Virus record (IMG/VR): IMGVR_UViG_3300026493_000016
Coordinates: 32,001-96,000 of that record
Length of the DNA: 64,000 bases
DNA from: a virus
Reading direction: 5' to 3' (one strand)
Shown here one piece after another: positions 10,095 through 20,376 of the stretch. The translations under genes were made by a program, and so were the position numbers. The notes beneath the pieces were generated by a model. It was not told where the DNA came from. It saw nothing but the letters and a program-made list of their open reading frames with translations, and searched no databases. Positions within the stretch are counted from its first letter, which is position 1. Each line of letters begins with the position of its first letter.

Positions 10095-10224
10095 ATTCTA
10101 TCGCTCCTTTTTCGCTATGATGAATGGTTTTCTTTTCAAGTACTTATCTAGTGCTTCCTCGTTTGGGAAGTCTCTCTTTTCTTTTGTACCACCGATAATG
10201 TTAATTAACGTTACCTTTAACATA

Positions 10225-10515
10225 TTACATTCCCCCTTGTATTGAACTGTTTACGAATTGTCTTTCTGTGACATCCTTGTTCGTATTGTTTCTTTTCTTT
10301 CTTATGATACCTGTGTTTACTAACATTCTTGTTATTTCATTATCTTTACTGAAGTATGCATGCGTGTTATTTCTTCTGTGTTCTTCTTCTCTTAGTTGTT
10401 TTAGTCTGTCCTTACTACGTTTAATAATATGCTCCAGTGTAACAATTTGCGTATCTAGTTCTTTATCTGTCCATGTGCTTATATCATTTACTTTGTTTCT
10501 TTTTATCATATACAC
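10225..10515 (-). CDS. hypothetical coiled-coil protein
   Basis: ORF track. Confidence 0.65.
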   Translation of the reverse strand: MYMIKRNKVNDISTWTDKELDTQIVTLEHIIKRSKDRLKQLREEEHRRNNTHAYFSKDNEITRMLVNTGIIRKKRNNTNKDVTERQFVNSSIQGGM

Positions 10516-10546
10516 CTACACCCTTTCATTATCATTTAGTTATTGT

Positions 10547-10786
10547 TTAGTCTTCGTTTAGATAATATTCTTCGTAGCTAAAGATATTTCCCCCGAGGTC
10601 TTTGTTTGCTTGGTCACATCTAGCCTTTGCTTTCTCCTCTGTACTGTAAACCCCTTCAAAGTCGTTCGTATCATACCCATAATTAGATGTAACAATGTAT
10701 ACGTATATCTTGCCATCTTTGATTGTAAGCTCTTTTAATAAGTCTACTAATGATAAACATATCGCTAATTCCTTTTCCTTTGTCAT
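10547..10786 (-). CDS. hypothetical protein (VY+V...GVYST.EKA phage family)
   Basis: motif EGVYSTEEKA. Confidence 0.75.
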   Translation of the reverse strand: MTKEKELAICLSLVDLLKELTIKDGKIYVYIVTSNYGYDTNDFEGVYSTEEKAKARCDQANKDLGGNIFSYEEYYLNED

Positions 10787-10808
10787 GGTTATGCCCCTTT
10801 CATTTCGT

Positions 10809-11090
10809 TTAAGTACATGTTTTGATAATCAATATATCTTCCATAGGGATAACTAATATATTCCCCTCATAGTCAACGAATCGAATGTGTGTTACCTTTA
10901 ACGCTGTGCTATATACAATCTCATGTAGCTTGTACACTGTTGTTACTAAGAACTTTCTTTCTGGTTTTCCCTCTTTACGTCTGATATGTGTTACCATAAA
11001 GAATTGTGTGTCTCTTGTTCGGGGTCTTGCTAGTGTTTTCATGATAACATCATAACTTGTTATCTCCTCTGACTTATATAGACCTAACAT
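10809..11090 (-). CDS. hypothetical protein, paralog of 9306-9596
   Basis: pattern similarity. Confidence 0.75.
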   Translation of the reverse strand: MLGLYKSEEITSYDVIMKTLARPRTRDTQFFMVTHIRRKEGKPERKFLVTTVYKLHEIVYSTALKVTHIRFVDYEGNILVIPMEDILIIKTCT

Positions 11091-12609
11091 TATAATATTT
11101 CATCCTCTAATCTTTCTTTTGTCGCTTTACTGTTTAATACTCGCATCAACCCTATATAAGCGTTGTCTAAATGATTATTTATCTTGTTCCATTCTTCAAA
11201 GGACATTTCCCCTTCACTACACCCGATACTTATTTTCTTTTTAGCTGATTCAATCAGTTCTAATGTTCTATAAGAGTTCATTCTCATTGTTAAATTCCCC
11301 AATCTAACAAATCTAGAATCGTTTGTTTGCTGTCTTGTGATGCTATAATGTCACTGCTGTTGTATGAGAATGTAATAGTATGATTCCAGTTATCAATTGA
11401 CACTTCTAATTCGTTTGTACCATCATCAAAACGAATGCTGTTATCAATGTTCACCCCGTCAATGTAATCATAAAGAATATTTTCTTCTTTCTTGTCCAAT
11501 AATACTGTATAATTGATTCGCTTGTGTCTCTTGTCCTGTACATCTCTAATGAATTCGAATTCAAGTTTTAAATCACTTGTATTGGATGACTTAGTGAGCG
11601 TCAATGTGTCTTTGTTGAACTCCTCACAGATTAAACAAATAGAAACGTCTTTTTGGTGTCTCATGCATTTAACCCCCTTTCTAACTCATCTCTAAACTTA
11701 CTGCACGTTGTACGGTTTAAAGCGATAGTGTCAACGCCTATATAAATGTATGCGCGCTTTCTGGCTGCGTCTGATACGATTGCAACTGTATCCTTAATGT
11801 CATAACCCTTGTTAATTTCTTCATGTACATCCTCGTACATGCATATAGATAATGTTTTGATAAGGCGTAACGTTTCAACACGTGATAATAGTTGATGTTT
11901 TGTAAGTGGTTCTTCATTAAAGATTACATGCATGAATAGGTTTGTCATGCCTTTGTCATTCATTGCCACTGTTAAATTATCACTTTCCATTACATCACAC
12001 ACAATATGAAATTCATTTACTTTTGTCATTATAATCTACCATCCTTTATAATTGTTTTAGTTTAGTGTTGCGCGAAATACCAAATACCTTGTAATTCTTC
12101 TTTTGTAAACTTTGTAGCAGCTTTCTTATAATCCCCTTCGCCTAACAAATTGACAAATGTCTCTGCCTTTTGTTCTCCGCAAAAGTCTGCACCATTCCAT
12201 ACACGCGACACCTTAATGTTATGAGGTAAAAACCTTAATTCATTATCAATTGCATGTACATACTCTAATTTATTAGCTGGTTTCATAGTGTAGCACCTCC
12301 ATAGATTGCGAAGAATTCTGCTTTACGCGCCATTACCTCCGGAGCTGGTCCGAACTGGTTATATAGGTTGCAAGTGTCTTCGTAAAGATTTTCTAATGCT
12401 ATGATTTCCTTAATCCAAGCAATACGATATTTTTTGAATTCATTGTAACGAATGTCAGTAGGACTTAATTGAACTGCTTTATACAATCTATCCTTCTCCT
12501 CCATAACATCAACACCAAGTGCATAGATGTTTGTAACCTCCTCAACCTTAGTTGGAAAAGCTTTTTCTACTACAGTACCATTACTTAACAAGATTTGTTT
12601 GATTTTCAT
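11090..12609 (-). CDS. five coupled hypothetical genes (11090-11302, 11290-11664, 11661-12029, 12062-12286, 12283-12609)
   Basis: ORF track; overlapping stop/start codons and RBSs. Confidence 0.75.
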
Positions 12610-12703
12610 TTTTAACTACCTCCGTTAATTTAGTTGTTTATGTATTTCTTAACTGACTTCATTGTATCATATTTATAAAGGGGGTGCAACCCCTTATTTT
12701 AAA

Positions 12704-13129
12704 TTAGTTGAAAGAAATGTTTCCTTTAACTCTTTCCTTTTGGATTAAATCCATAATTTTCTCAATCTGCTCTAACACGAGGATAACACCGGAGCCGTTA
12801 AGCTCAATCAAAACTTCCTGTTCTTCTACATCATGACCTATACGCAAATCAATGTCATTTTCTTCATCATGTACAATACGTTCAACCATATTACCCATAA
12901 CACCAGTATTTTGATACATTGATAATAGAAGTTGTGTGATTTTATCCGTGAACGATGCTGTTTGTTCTGCTGTTAATTGACGTTCAACACGCTCAACAGT
13001 TTCGCCCATGTCATCGTGCATTAAGATTGAGATGTTTTCTTCAGCAGTAATACCCACATTAACATAATCCGTACCAGAGCACACACAACCAAGACTAACC
13101 ATTTCCACAACTGCTTTTAATTCTCTCAT
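12704..13129 (-). CDS. hypothetical protein, paralog of 18365-18814
   Basis: aligned EMV...C....DY..V and GE....V...L...F. Confidence 0.8.
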   Translation of the reverse strand: MRELKAVVEMVSLGCVCSGTDYVNVGITAEENISILMHDDMGETVERVERQLTAEQTASFTDKITQLLLSMYQNTGVMGNMVERIVHDEENDIDLRIGHDVEEQEVLIELNGSGVILVLEQIEKIMDLIQKERVKGNISFN

Positions 13130-13216
13130 ATTCAACTACCACCTTATAAGTTTTTTTTTGTATTTCTTAACTGACTTCATTGTATCATGTATGTAAGGGG
13201 GTTGCAACCCCCAATT

Positions 13217-13603
13217 TTATAAATCACTTAAAAAGTTATCTATGTTATCAAGTTGTTCCGTTTGTCCCCATAACTCTGTGTAGTACTTATCATATGTGCT
13301 ATCGTTTGTGTAGTCACGCTTTTCGAACTTAACAAGCGCGCTTGTCTTTACGATAGTTTGTATTAGGCTTTCCACACCCTGACACACATCGTCAATACTA
13401 TCTGGTTTCCTTAAGATTGCTAGATAACCCGAGCCAACTTCTACAATCTTACAAATATGTGTGTATAACTTACCATCGTATTCGCGATATGTCAAGTTAA
13501 TAAACTCATCTGTTGCGTGAAGGTCATGAACCGCCTCCAATAACTCAGATACGTTTAAACTAATACGTTTTGACATAATATAGTTACGATTGATTTCAGT
13601 CAT
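13217..13603 (-). CDS. hypothetical protein, YolD/Sm-like barrel candidate
   Basis: INLTYREYDGKLYTHICKIVEV. Confidence 0.65.
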   Translation of the reverse strand: MTEINRNYIMSKRISLNVSELLEAVHDLHATDEFINLTYREYDGKLYTHICKIVEVGSGYLAILRKPDSIDDVCQGVESLIQTIVKTSALVKFEKRDYTNDSTYDKYYTELWGQTEQLDNIDNFLSDL

Positions 13604-14000
13604 TGTATTCAACATCCTTCCCAGAAAAGTAAATGTATGCATTCTCCAAGATAGCGAACAACGCATACCCACCGTCGTTAGGTCGTTTTAAATCATACTC
13701 CCAACCCTCCGCGATATGTGTATGTGGTTCGTTACGCTCCAGTTCGTCCCATGCGTCATACATAGAATTATTGTTCGTTCTTCCAAGAGCAATAGTAAAC
13801 TTCTCTAACACCTCTAATTTTACAACATAGTTTGAACTCTTGTCAAATGAATCTTTTAATGTGTCTGTGTCCTGTTTTGCAAGCGCTGCGAACAACGTGT
13901 TATTATACACAGGACTCAGAGAGAATACAATGTTATCCCCTAACATAGCAAACTTATTTTTAACTCTAGTCACTTCGTTATCAAGTAATCTTTTAACCAT
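13596..14000 (-). CDS. hypothetical protein
   Basis: ORF track; RBS GAGGAGG. Confidence 0.8.
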   Translation of the reverse strand: MVKRLLDNEVTRVKNKFAMLGDNIVFSLSPVYNNTLFAALAKQDTDTLKDSFDKSSNYVVKLEVLEKFTIALGRTNNNSMYDAWDELERNEPHTHIAEGWEYDLKRPNDGGYALFAILENAYIYFSGKDVEYND

Positions 14001-14430
14001 TGTATTCTACCTCCTCATTATCCATAATTCGTTGATTACGTGTAATCTCGTTGCACATTAACTCAAATTTGTCAAGTGTGACAGTCACTTCTCCTGTTAT
14101 ATTCTTCCCTAAATGATACATTCGCATATCTGCTACAATTTCTCGTTTACCATCTGTTAAACGAACCTTGATGTCGACTGAAATTGTAATATCATCATTT
14201 TGATTACGGAAACATACATAATTGTTTTCCTTTAATTTGTCAACACCTTTTTCGAATTGCGCACGGTCTACAATTGTAGTAATCTTAGTGTAAATAAGTT
14301 CACTGTCGCGAACCTCACATACTTGTTTAAATACAATAGTATCCCTATCAAAAGTATATACTATCTTACCAGTTTTTTCAAATCCCTCACCATTAAATGG
14401 TATTGATAACTCCATAATACGTCCAGACAT
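13993..14430 (-). CDS. hypothetical protein
   Basis: ORF track; start revised to MSGRIM. Confidence 0.7.
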   Translation of the reverse strand: MSGRIMELSIPFNGEGFEKTGKIVYTFDRDTIVFKQVCEVRDSELIYTKITTIVDRAQFEKGVDKLKENNYVCFRNQNDDITISVDIKVRLTDGKREIVADMRMYHLGKNITGEVTVTLDKFELMCNEITRNQRIMDNEEVEYNG

Positions 14431-14431
14431 G

Positions 14432-14845
14432 TTATTCCCCCGCCTTTTCTCTATAGTTTTGATAACGCTTGTCAAAGTCATAAAATGTATGATTCCCTAA
14501 CTCTGCAATGATAATAATATCAACAAAGTCAATATATGTCAAGTCATAGTTTACTTGATGTTTAACAATTAGTTTACCGTCAAGTTTACCTTGTATAACT
14601 CCATCAACTATGCTATAATTCTGTTTTTTGCTGCTATCAATATATATGACGCGTACTGTATTAACCTCTAAAGACAACAAAACTTTATCTAGTAAGTCAG
14701 TTTTGAAGGTAAGTTCATCCATGACGCTGTTTGAGGGCTCTAGAGGCTCGCTGCGCGCGATTACCTCCGGAGCTGGTGCGATTGTCTTCTTTTCATCTAA
14801 CGTAGGCATAAAGTCCCACATAGAGCCTGTGTGTGTTTGTGTCAT
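14432..14845 (-). CDS. YolD/Sm-like barrel protein
   Basis: VRVIY...VDGVI...LIV...IDFVDII. Confidence 0.6.
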   Translation of the reverse strand: MTQTHTGSMWDFMPTLDEKKTIAPAPEVIARSEPLEPSNSVMDELTFKTDLLDKVLLSLEVNTVRVIYIDSSKKQNYSIVDGVIQGKLDGKLIVKHQVNYDLTYIDFVDIIIIAELGNHTFYDFDKRYQNYREKAGE

Positions 14846-15441
14846 TTTGTAGACCTCCATAGATTATTATTGATGAAAGTAAACTCAATGCTGTCTTCAT
14901 TTTGTAATCGTTCTTGAATGCTCATAACTTCCTCGAATCCAATTTCTGTACACTGACTAGGCGAGTCGTCATGTCTAACAACAAACACCTCACTTTCAGC
15001 GTTCACAACGTCGATTCGCCCTGTAATATTTCTAATAACCTTGTAATTCATGTCTTTAGCTATTACAGTAATCAATATGCGCTTTTCATCAATATTGGTA
15101 AGGTATTTAAATAACGCTGTTTCTGTAATGTCAAGAGCATGTTTAAACAAATCAGCGCGTAAATCATATATAGAACCATTCTCAAGGAATACAATTTGTT
15201 CAACATTCTGATATTGAATGTTTGTTATTTCATCAAACGCGCTTTTAACATCGAAAGATTGTAGAAACGAATTTGCTATTCTACCATCAACAGATTTTAG
15301 GGGCTTGTCTACATGCTGTACATCTCTATACCAGAAACGGAACTGCTTACCTTTCTGTATACGTTGGAATGATTTAATTAAATCACTAACGAATAAAATC
15401 TTATCCGTTTCCTCTGCATTTGTTAAAGTTACCTCTGACAT
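14842..15441 (-). CDS. tandem YolD/Sm-like barrel protein
   Basis: two repeats of (V/I).GRI....F.V......I....V..I. Confidence 0.6.
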   Translation of the reverse strand: MSEVTLTNAEETDKILFVSDLIKSFQRIQKGKQFRFWYRDVQHVDKPLKSVDGRIANSFLQSFDVKSAFDEITNIQYQNVEQIVFLENGSIYDLRADLFKHALDITETALFKYLTNIDEKRILITVIAKDMNYKVIRNITGRIDVVNAESEVFVVRHDDSPSQCTEIGFEEVMSIQERLQNEDSIEFTFINNNLWRSTK

Positions 15442-15860
15442 TATAACGACCACCCTTTATAATAGTTTGTTTTACCTAACATTTCTACCAAACTGTTAAA
15501 CTCTAAATCTTTGAACATTTTTGCTAGTTCACTAGGATTAGCACCGTATACCATGTTACACCATAATGTTTCTTTTGTCAACCACTCTAGATAATTGTTT
15601 AAATGCTCCTGCTCGTCTGCTATAATTCTAGAAGTACCTACACCGCTGTACGCTGCTAAAACCCTAACCTCAGCATCGCAGTAATCATAAGATAGTAAAC
15701 TATCACCGTTGTAAACGACGTCTTGTATCGAGCCGTAAAACCCTGCATACCGTTCCGCATAATCACAAGTTTTCCCATACATTTCGGTAATAGCTCCAGC
15801 AGGTAAACCGCCACCCATTAAAAGACTTGTCTCAGTATCGAAAGCAATCATTTGTGTCAT
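15441..15860 (-). CDS. 139-aa mosaic of DNA polymerase A and RecA/P-loop motifs
   Basis: IAFDTET; GGGLPAGAITEMYGKT; LLSYDYCDAEVRVLAAYSG; NMVYGANPSELAK; RBS AAGGAG; coupled to neighbours. Confidence 0.75.
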   Translation of the reverse strand: MTQMIAFDTETSLLMGGGLPAGAITEMYGKTCDYAERYAGFYGSIQDVVYNGDSLLSYDYCDAEVRVLAAYSGVGTSRIIADEQEHLNNYLEWLTKETLWCNMVYGANPSELAKMFKDLEFNSLVEMLGKTNYYKGWSL

Positions 15861-17660
15861 TATCCTGCACTCCTTTTCCCAAACATTTATATTTAACTGG
15901 TACTTTTAGAAACTCTATAGGGTCATACTCTTTGAATTGTTCATCTTCCCAAGAATCCCAATACACCCACCATCTAACGATGAGTGTATTACGGTCAAAG
16001 TTCTCGTTTGAATATTCCCAGCCGTTTCCATTTGTAAGACTATCGCCGCTATTCATTTTCTCCACCTGCGAACGGGTGAATTTTAATACTTGCAATCGTT
16101 GAAAGCTGTTTGAATCCTGCTTCCTTTAGTGCCTCCGCTAAAGTCTCAACGAATGGATAGAATGTGAATGTTTCGTCATGTGTATGTTCTACAAATGCCT
16201 CTTTAGAAACCCACCCCTGTGCATTGCTATAATCAGGGTTTACATATTCGATTCCCGCGATAAGCTCCATATCAACCGATAAACCGAAATCGTTACTCAT
16301 TCCCATTTGATTAAAACTTTCTAACTTATAAATCATTGTTTCCTCCTCGTTGATTGCATAAAGTGCTCCAGAGAATTCAGTTTTACCGTATACGTTTGTC
16401 ATTATAATCTACCATCCTTTAATTTGTATTTGTATTTCTTAACTGACTTAATTGTATCATATTAAAAGGGGGCTTGCAACCCCCTATTTTATTAAAATGT
16501 AATCTCGATATCTGTGATATCATGACCGCTTAAAAGATAATCAATAGTTTTAAGAATGACATATTCCGCTCCATCATAATAAACATTCCCTAAAACTTCA
16601 CTAATGAATTGATTGTCGTCAAGTCCATCCCCGCCGATATAATTTGATGCTAAATCGATATCATAAGAATAGCCGTTAACCTCAACAGTGACCGCAATAC
16701 CTTCATTTAATACCTCAACAGCATCCTTATACCATACTTGACCTTTGATTAACTCATCATTTAATGTATACATATTATTTCCCCTCTTTCATAGTTTTTG
16801 TGATTTTGATTACTTGCGATAAAACAAGAGACATAAAGTTATGTTTATCGAACTCGTAAAGCCCCGCAATAGTATTACATAATTCACTTATACGGCTGTT
16901 ATGGACATGTCCATATTCTTTGTACTCTTTGATAATCTGCATTGCAACCTCTGTCGACTTAGATGCAAATAACTTATCTTTGTTGACTTCTAAATATAAA
17001 TCATACTCATCATCATTTAGCTGATTTTTACGCTTTAATACTAGTAACGGCAACATTAACGTTTCTGTTAAGTCATCTTTGAAGTTGTAACCCGTGTATT
17101 TACACTCAACAACGCCCTCGTCAATGCTCAGGTTATCTGTTACAATAACCGTTTCCATTAACACTTTCTTATACTTTTTGTTAAAAAGATTTGTGTTGAT
17201 AATTACCATTTCTTCACCTTTTTGAATTCTATCCGTAGTCATATGTAACTACCTCCATTAATTTGTATTTGTTTTCTTAACCTGTAATCATTGTATCATG
17301 AAACCTTTGAAACTGTCAACATTTATTTTACAAATCACTATCTTTTATCTTTCTAACATAGCAAACCCATGGGAACCCTTTTTCTTTCATTTCTGCGATT
17401 GCGTCGAACGTGTCAACGATTGCCGCGATAACATCTATCATCGGGCGGTTATTTCCTACAGCCGTTACTGACTCCGTTATACGCTCGTTGTGTACAGCAG
17501 AGATAACAATGTCTTTAGTTAATGAATGAGCTTGTATATACAGTTCGTTCCCTACTTCATTTACTAAATGAAAATAGTTAGGTTTAACCCCTTTCAACTT
17601 CATGAACATAGAACCTTCAAACTCTCTCGCAACATCCTGTACAGTTATTAAGTTTTTCAT
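15832..17660 (-). CDS. hypothetical early genes (15832-16095, 16049-16402, 16492-16773, 16775-17242, 17328-17660)
   Basis: ORF track; cassette RBSs. Confidence 0.75.
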
Positions 17661-17841
17661 ATGTAACTACCACCTTATAAGTTTTTGTATTTCTTAACTG
17701 ACTTCATTGTATCATGTATGTAAGGGGGTTGCAACCCCCTATTTTATTAAAATGAATAATGTACTATTAAGTTAGATAAAACATGAAGTAGACCAAACCC
17801 GACACCAGTGTACACCGCTATTTTTAAACTGCCTCGCATGC

Positions 17842-18365
17842 TCATTTGTTTCGCTCCTCCTGTGCTTCCTCTATTAAACATTGCACTTTCGTTGTAACCT
17901 TGTTACTCGCCATCGAGAAACCTTTTAACTCTAGTTCTTCACGTAGACTATTAGACCACGCGAACCAAACCATGTACGCCGCCCTTGCCTCATCCTCAGC
18001 CCTATTAGAGTATTTGAATCTGTCAATATACTCCCCGTTCTCCAGACCTGCTAAAAGGTACACGTTAAGGTCATACATTAATATTGCGCCTTCCTTTTGT
18101 TCCCCAACATCCAAACCGAATACCGCCTGTGAATCATTACTGATAACTACAAATTGAAAGTCGTTAACATTAAACATTAGTATCTTACCTCCTCAAAAAG
18201 TTCGTTCCATAATTCACTTACTAACGCCATTCTAATTCCGCGACAATCCGCAATTAACGCTATGCACTGTTTTTTACTCATAGCCCCGCTTATAACGTCC
18301 TCATGTGCTTCTTTAATGTCTTCCATAACCTGTGCAATGTTGTTTTGTCTTAGTTTAACTTGCAT
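17842..18365 (-). CDS. hypothetical early genes (17842-18177, 18177-18365)
   Basis: ORF track; TAATG coupling. Confidence 0.75.
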
Positions 18366-18814
18366 TACTTCCCACCCCCTATAACACGCTCTGTTGTTGG
18401 TACGCTTACTAGTTTCTTATCTAACAAGCTTATGATATCCTCTAACTGCCATAACCCTAATATGACAGTGTGACCGTACGAACGGAACATGACATCCAAG
18501 TCGTTGATATTCATTTCAATAGTTAACTTTGTATTGTCGCTTTCTGGACATATAACAACTTCTTTTTCGCTCATTTCCTTATCACCTGCATTCATACTTT
18601 CAAAGAATAATACTAATGTTTCTTTAAATAATTCAGCCTCTGCACCACTAAGTACATTAGAAACGGTTTGCGTTTCTTCTCCGTAGTCAACTGCCAAACT
18701 GACCATAACCTCATTTTTAGAATCCTTATGGACTCGGATATAATCCCCTGTACCGTACTTACATTCGAACATTACCATTTCACTAACCACTTGTAACTTG
18801 TCTACGTTTTTCAT
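18365..18814 (-). CDS. hypothetical protein, paralog of 12704-13129
   Basis: pairwise similarity. Confidence 0.8.
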   Translation of the reverse strand: MKNVDKLQVVSEMVMFECKYGTGDYIRVHKDSKNEVMVSLAVDYGEETQTVSNVLSGAEAELFKETLVLFFESMNAGDKEMSEKEVVICPESDNTKLTIEMNINDLDVMFRSYGHTVILGLWQLEDIISLLDKKLVSVPTTERVIGGGK

Positions 18815-18896
18815 ATTTAACTACCACCTTATAAGTATTTGTTTTCTTTAGCCTGTAATCATTGTATCATATGTATTTTCTAGATGTCAACACTTT

Positions 18897-19100
18897 TTAT
18901 ATTACCTTATAACTCTCACTGACACCCTCATCAGTGACAAACGTTTCAACCACTAGATTACAGACGCACTCCGGACATATCACGGGTTCCCCATGGTACG
19001 CAACCGCGTAACATTCACCGTTTGCACAGTGATATACAAATCTATCATCAATCACAGCCCCATGCGCTTTATAGTTTGTGAACGAGACCACTTGACACAT
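18897..19100 (-). CDS. small zinc-ribbon protein
   Basis: CANGEC...CPEC. Confidence 0.65.
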   Translation of the reverse strand: MCQVVSFTNYKAHGAVIDDRFVYHCANGECYAVAYHGEPVICPECVCNLVVETFVTDEGVSESYKVI

Positions 19101-19101
19101 G

Positions 19102-19281
19102 TTACAAAGCCCCCTCTATTACTGTGACTTTGTCGTTTTTCAAGTCTACTACATGCATTGTTCCCTCATAGTCATTGATAACCCAGATTGTACGAGAACC
19201 CACACAAGTTGTAACTGTACCCGTGAATTTATACCCCATTTGAGTTTTAACACTAACCTTAGAACCTTCTTTAATTGTCAT
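19102..19281 (-). CDS. 59-aa Sm/SH3-like protein, paralog of the N-terminus of 7076-7591 (not in ORF track)
   Basis: MTIKEGSKVSVKTQMGYKFTGTVTTCVGSRTIWVINDYEGTMHVVDLKNDKVTVIEGAL; directly behind a cassette promoter and RBS. Confidence 0.8.
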   Translation of the reverse strand: MTIKEGSKVSVKTQMGYKFTGTVTTCVGSRTIWVINDYEGTMHVVDLKNDKVTVIEGAL

Positions 19282-19395
19282 ATGAATCTACCACCTTATA
19301 AGTATTTGTTTTCTTAACCTGTAATCATTGTATCATATGTATAATAGGAAGACAAGCCCCTATTTAAAATATTAAGCTTGTCCACCTTTATTATT

Positions 19396-20376
19396 TTAGA
19401 ACTGTATTTCTTCGTTCTCTGTGCTCCACACTACATTAACACCAGCGTTTCTAAGTGCTGCACACAAGTCTACCGCCTTTTTACACTCTGTTGTCGAAGG
19501 GTTGAAGTTGTCCATTCCCGCATAATCAAGTATAGCTGAGATTCTTTCATATGGTTCCGCGTCCATGCTAATTCCTGCATACTCGTTAATATCATACCAG
19601 TTAATCCAACCATCGTTTAAATCAATATACATACTATCTAAATAGAATGATTCAAATTCGTTACCGGACACACGCTCCACATAATAACTATTGTCTGTGT
19701 CTTCGTCTTTCTTGATAAACATTGCGCCCTCTGTGATAGTTACATCACCGATATTTTCCCAATCTTGATTATCAAGGGCTTGTCCCATTTCAAGACCTGC
19801 AATATATGAATCAATGAATTCTTCCAACTGAGAAAACATTTCGTCATCCATGTAATCAAACTCACTATAGCTATTTTCCGCCTCGTCTGCATAGTTTTCA
19901 ATTTCCTGCTCAATACCTTCTATGTCCATTTGTGTTACATGCTTGTCCACTAACATTTTATTAACACGGTAAACGATGTAGTTATATAGAATCTCATTTC
20001 TATTTGCTTGTAACTCACTATCTAAAAGATATAGATAAGCGTTTAACATTGTGTCATTCATGTCCTCCGGATTAACGACAACCATTCCCTCACTTATTGC
20101 ATCTTGAAAGGCGTCACGTGCGTCTCTCATCATTGTCCAGATATCATAAGTACTATCGGTACTATAGCGGTCAACCATATCAGAGATAACTCTGTCGAGG
20201 TCTCCGGATTGGTTATCCTCTACAATAAAACGTAATGCTTGACGAGTAACGCGGTTCCCTTCACTATCACATAATTCCTCGTTGTAACCATCATATAATG
20301 GGAAATTAAATTCCTTGCTTTCGATTTGAACTACTTCTTTTTCCTCAACTTGTACTAATTCATTTACGTTTGTCAT
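19396..20376 (-). CDS. highly acidic protein with Ocr-like N-terminal region (candidate DNA mimic)
   Basis: D/E-rich; DLDRVISDMVDRYSTDSTYDIWTMM aligns without gaps to T7 Ocr. Confidence 0.55.
   Translation of the reverse strand: MTNVNELVQVEEKEVVQIESKEFNFPLYDGYNEELCDSEGNRVTRQALRFIVEDNQSGDLDRVISDMVDRYSTDSTYDIWTMMRDARDAFQDAISEGMVVVNPEDMNDTMLNAYLYLLDSELQANRNEILYNYIVYRVNKMLVDKHVTQMDIEGIEQEIENYADEAENSYSEFDYMDDEMFSQLEEFIDSYIAGLEMGQALDNQDWENIGDVTITEGAMFIKKDEDTDNSYYVERVSGNEFESFYLDSMYIDLNDGWINWYDINEYAGISMDAEPYERISAILDYAGMDNFNPSTTECKKAVDLCAALRNAGVNVVWSTENEEIQF

Noticed and set aside
15441-15860. Simple decayed duplicate of the phage's own polA or recA
   Set aside because: The ORF is intact with an RBS and coupling, motifs of two enzyme families are interleaved, and the codons do not match the window's own polA or recA.
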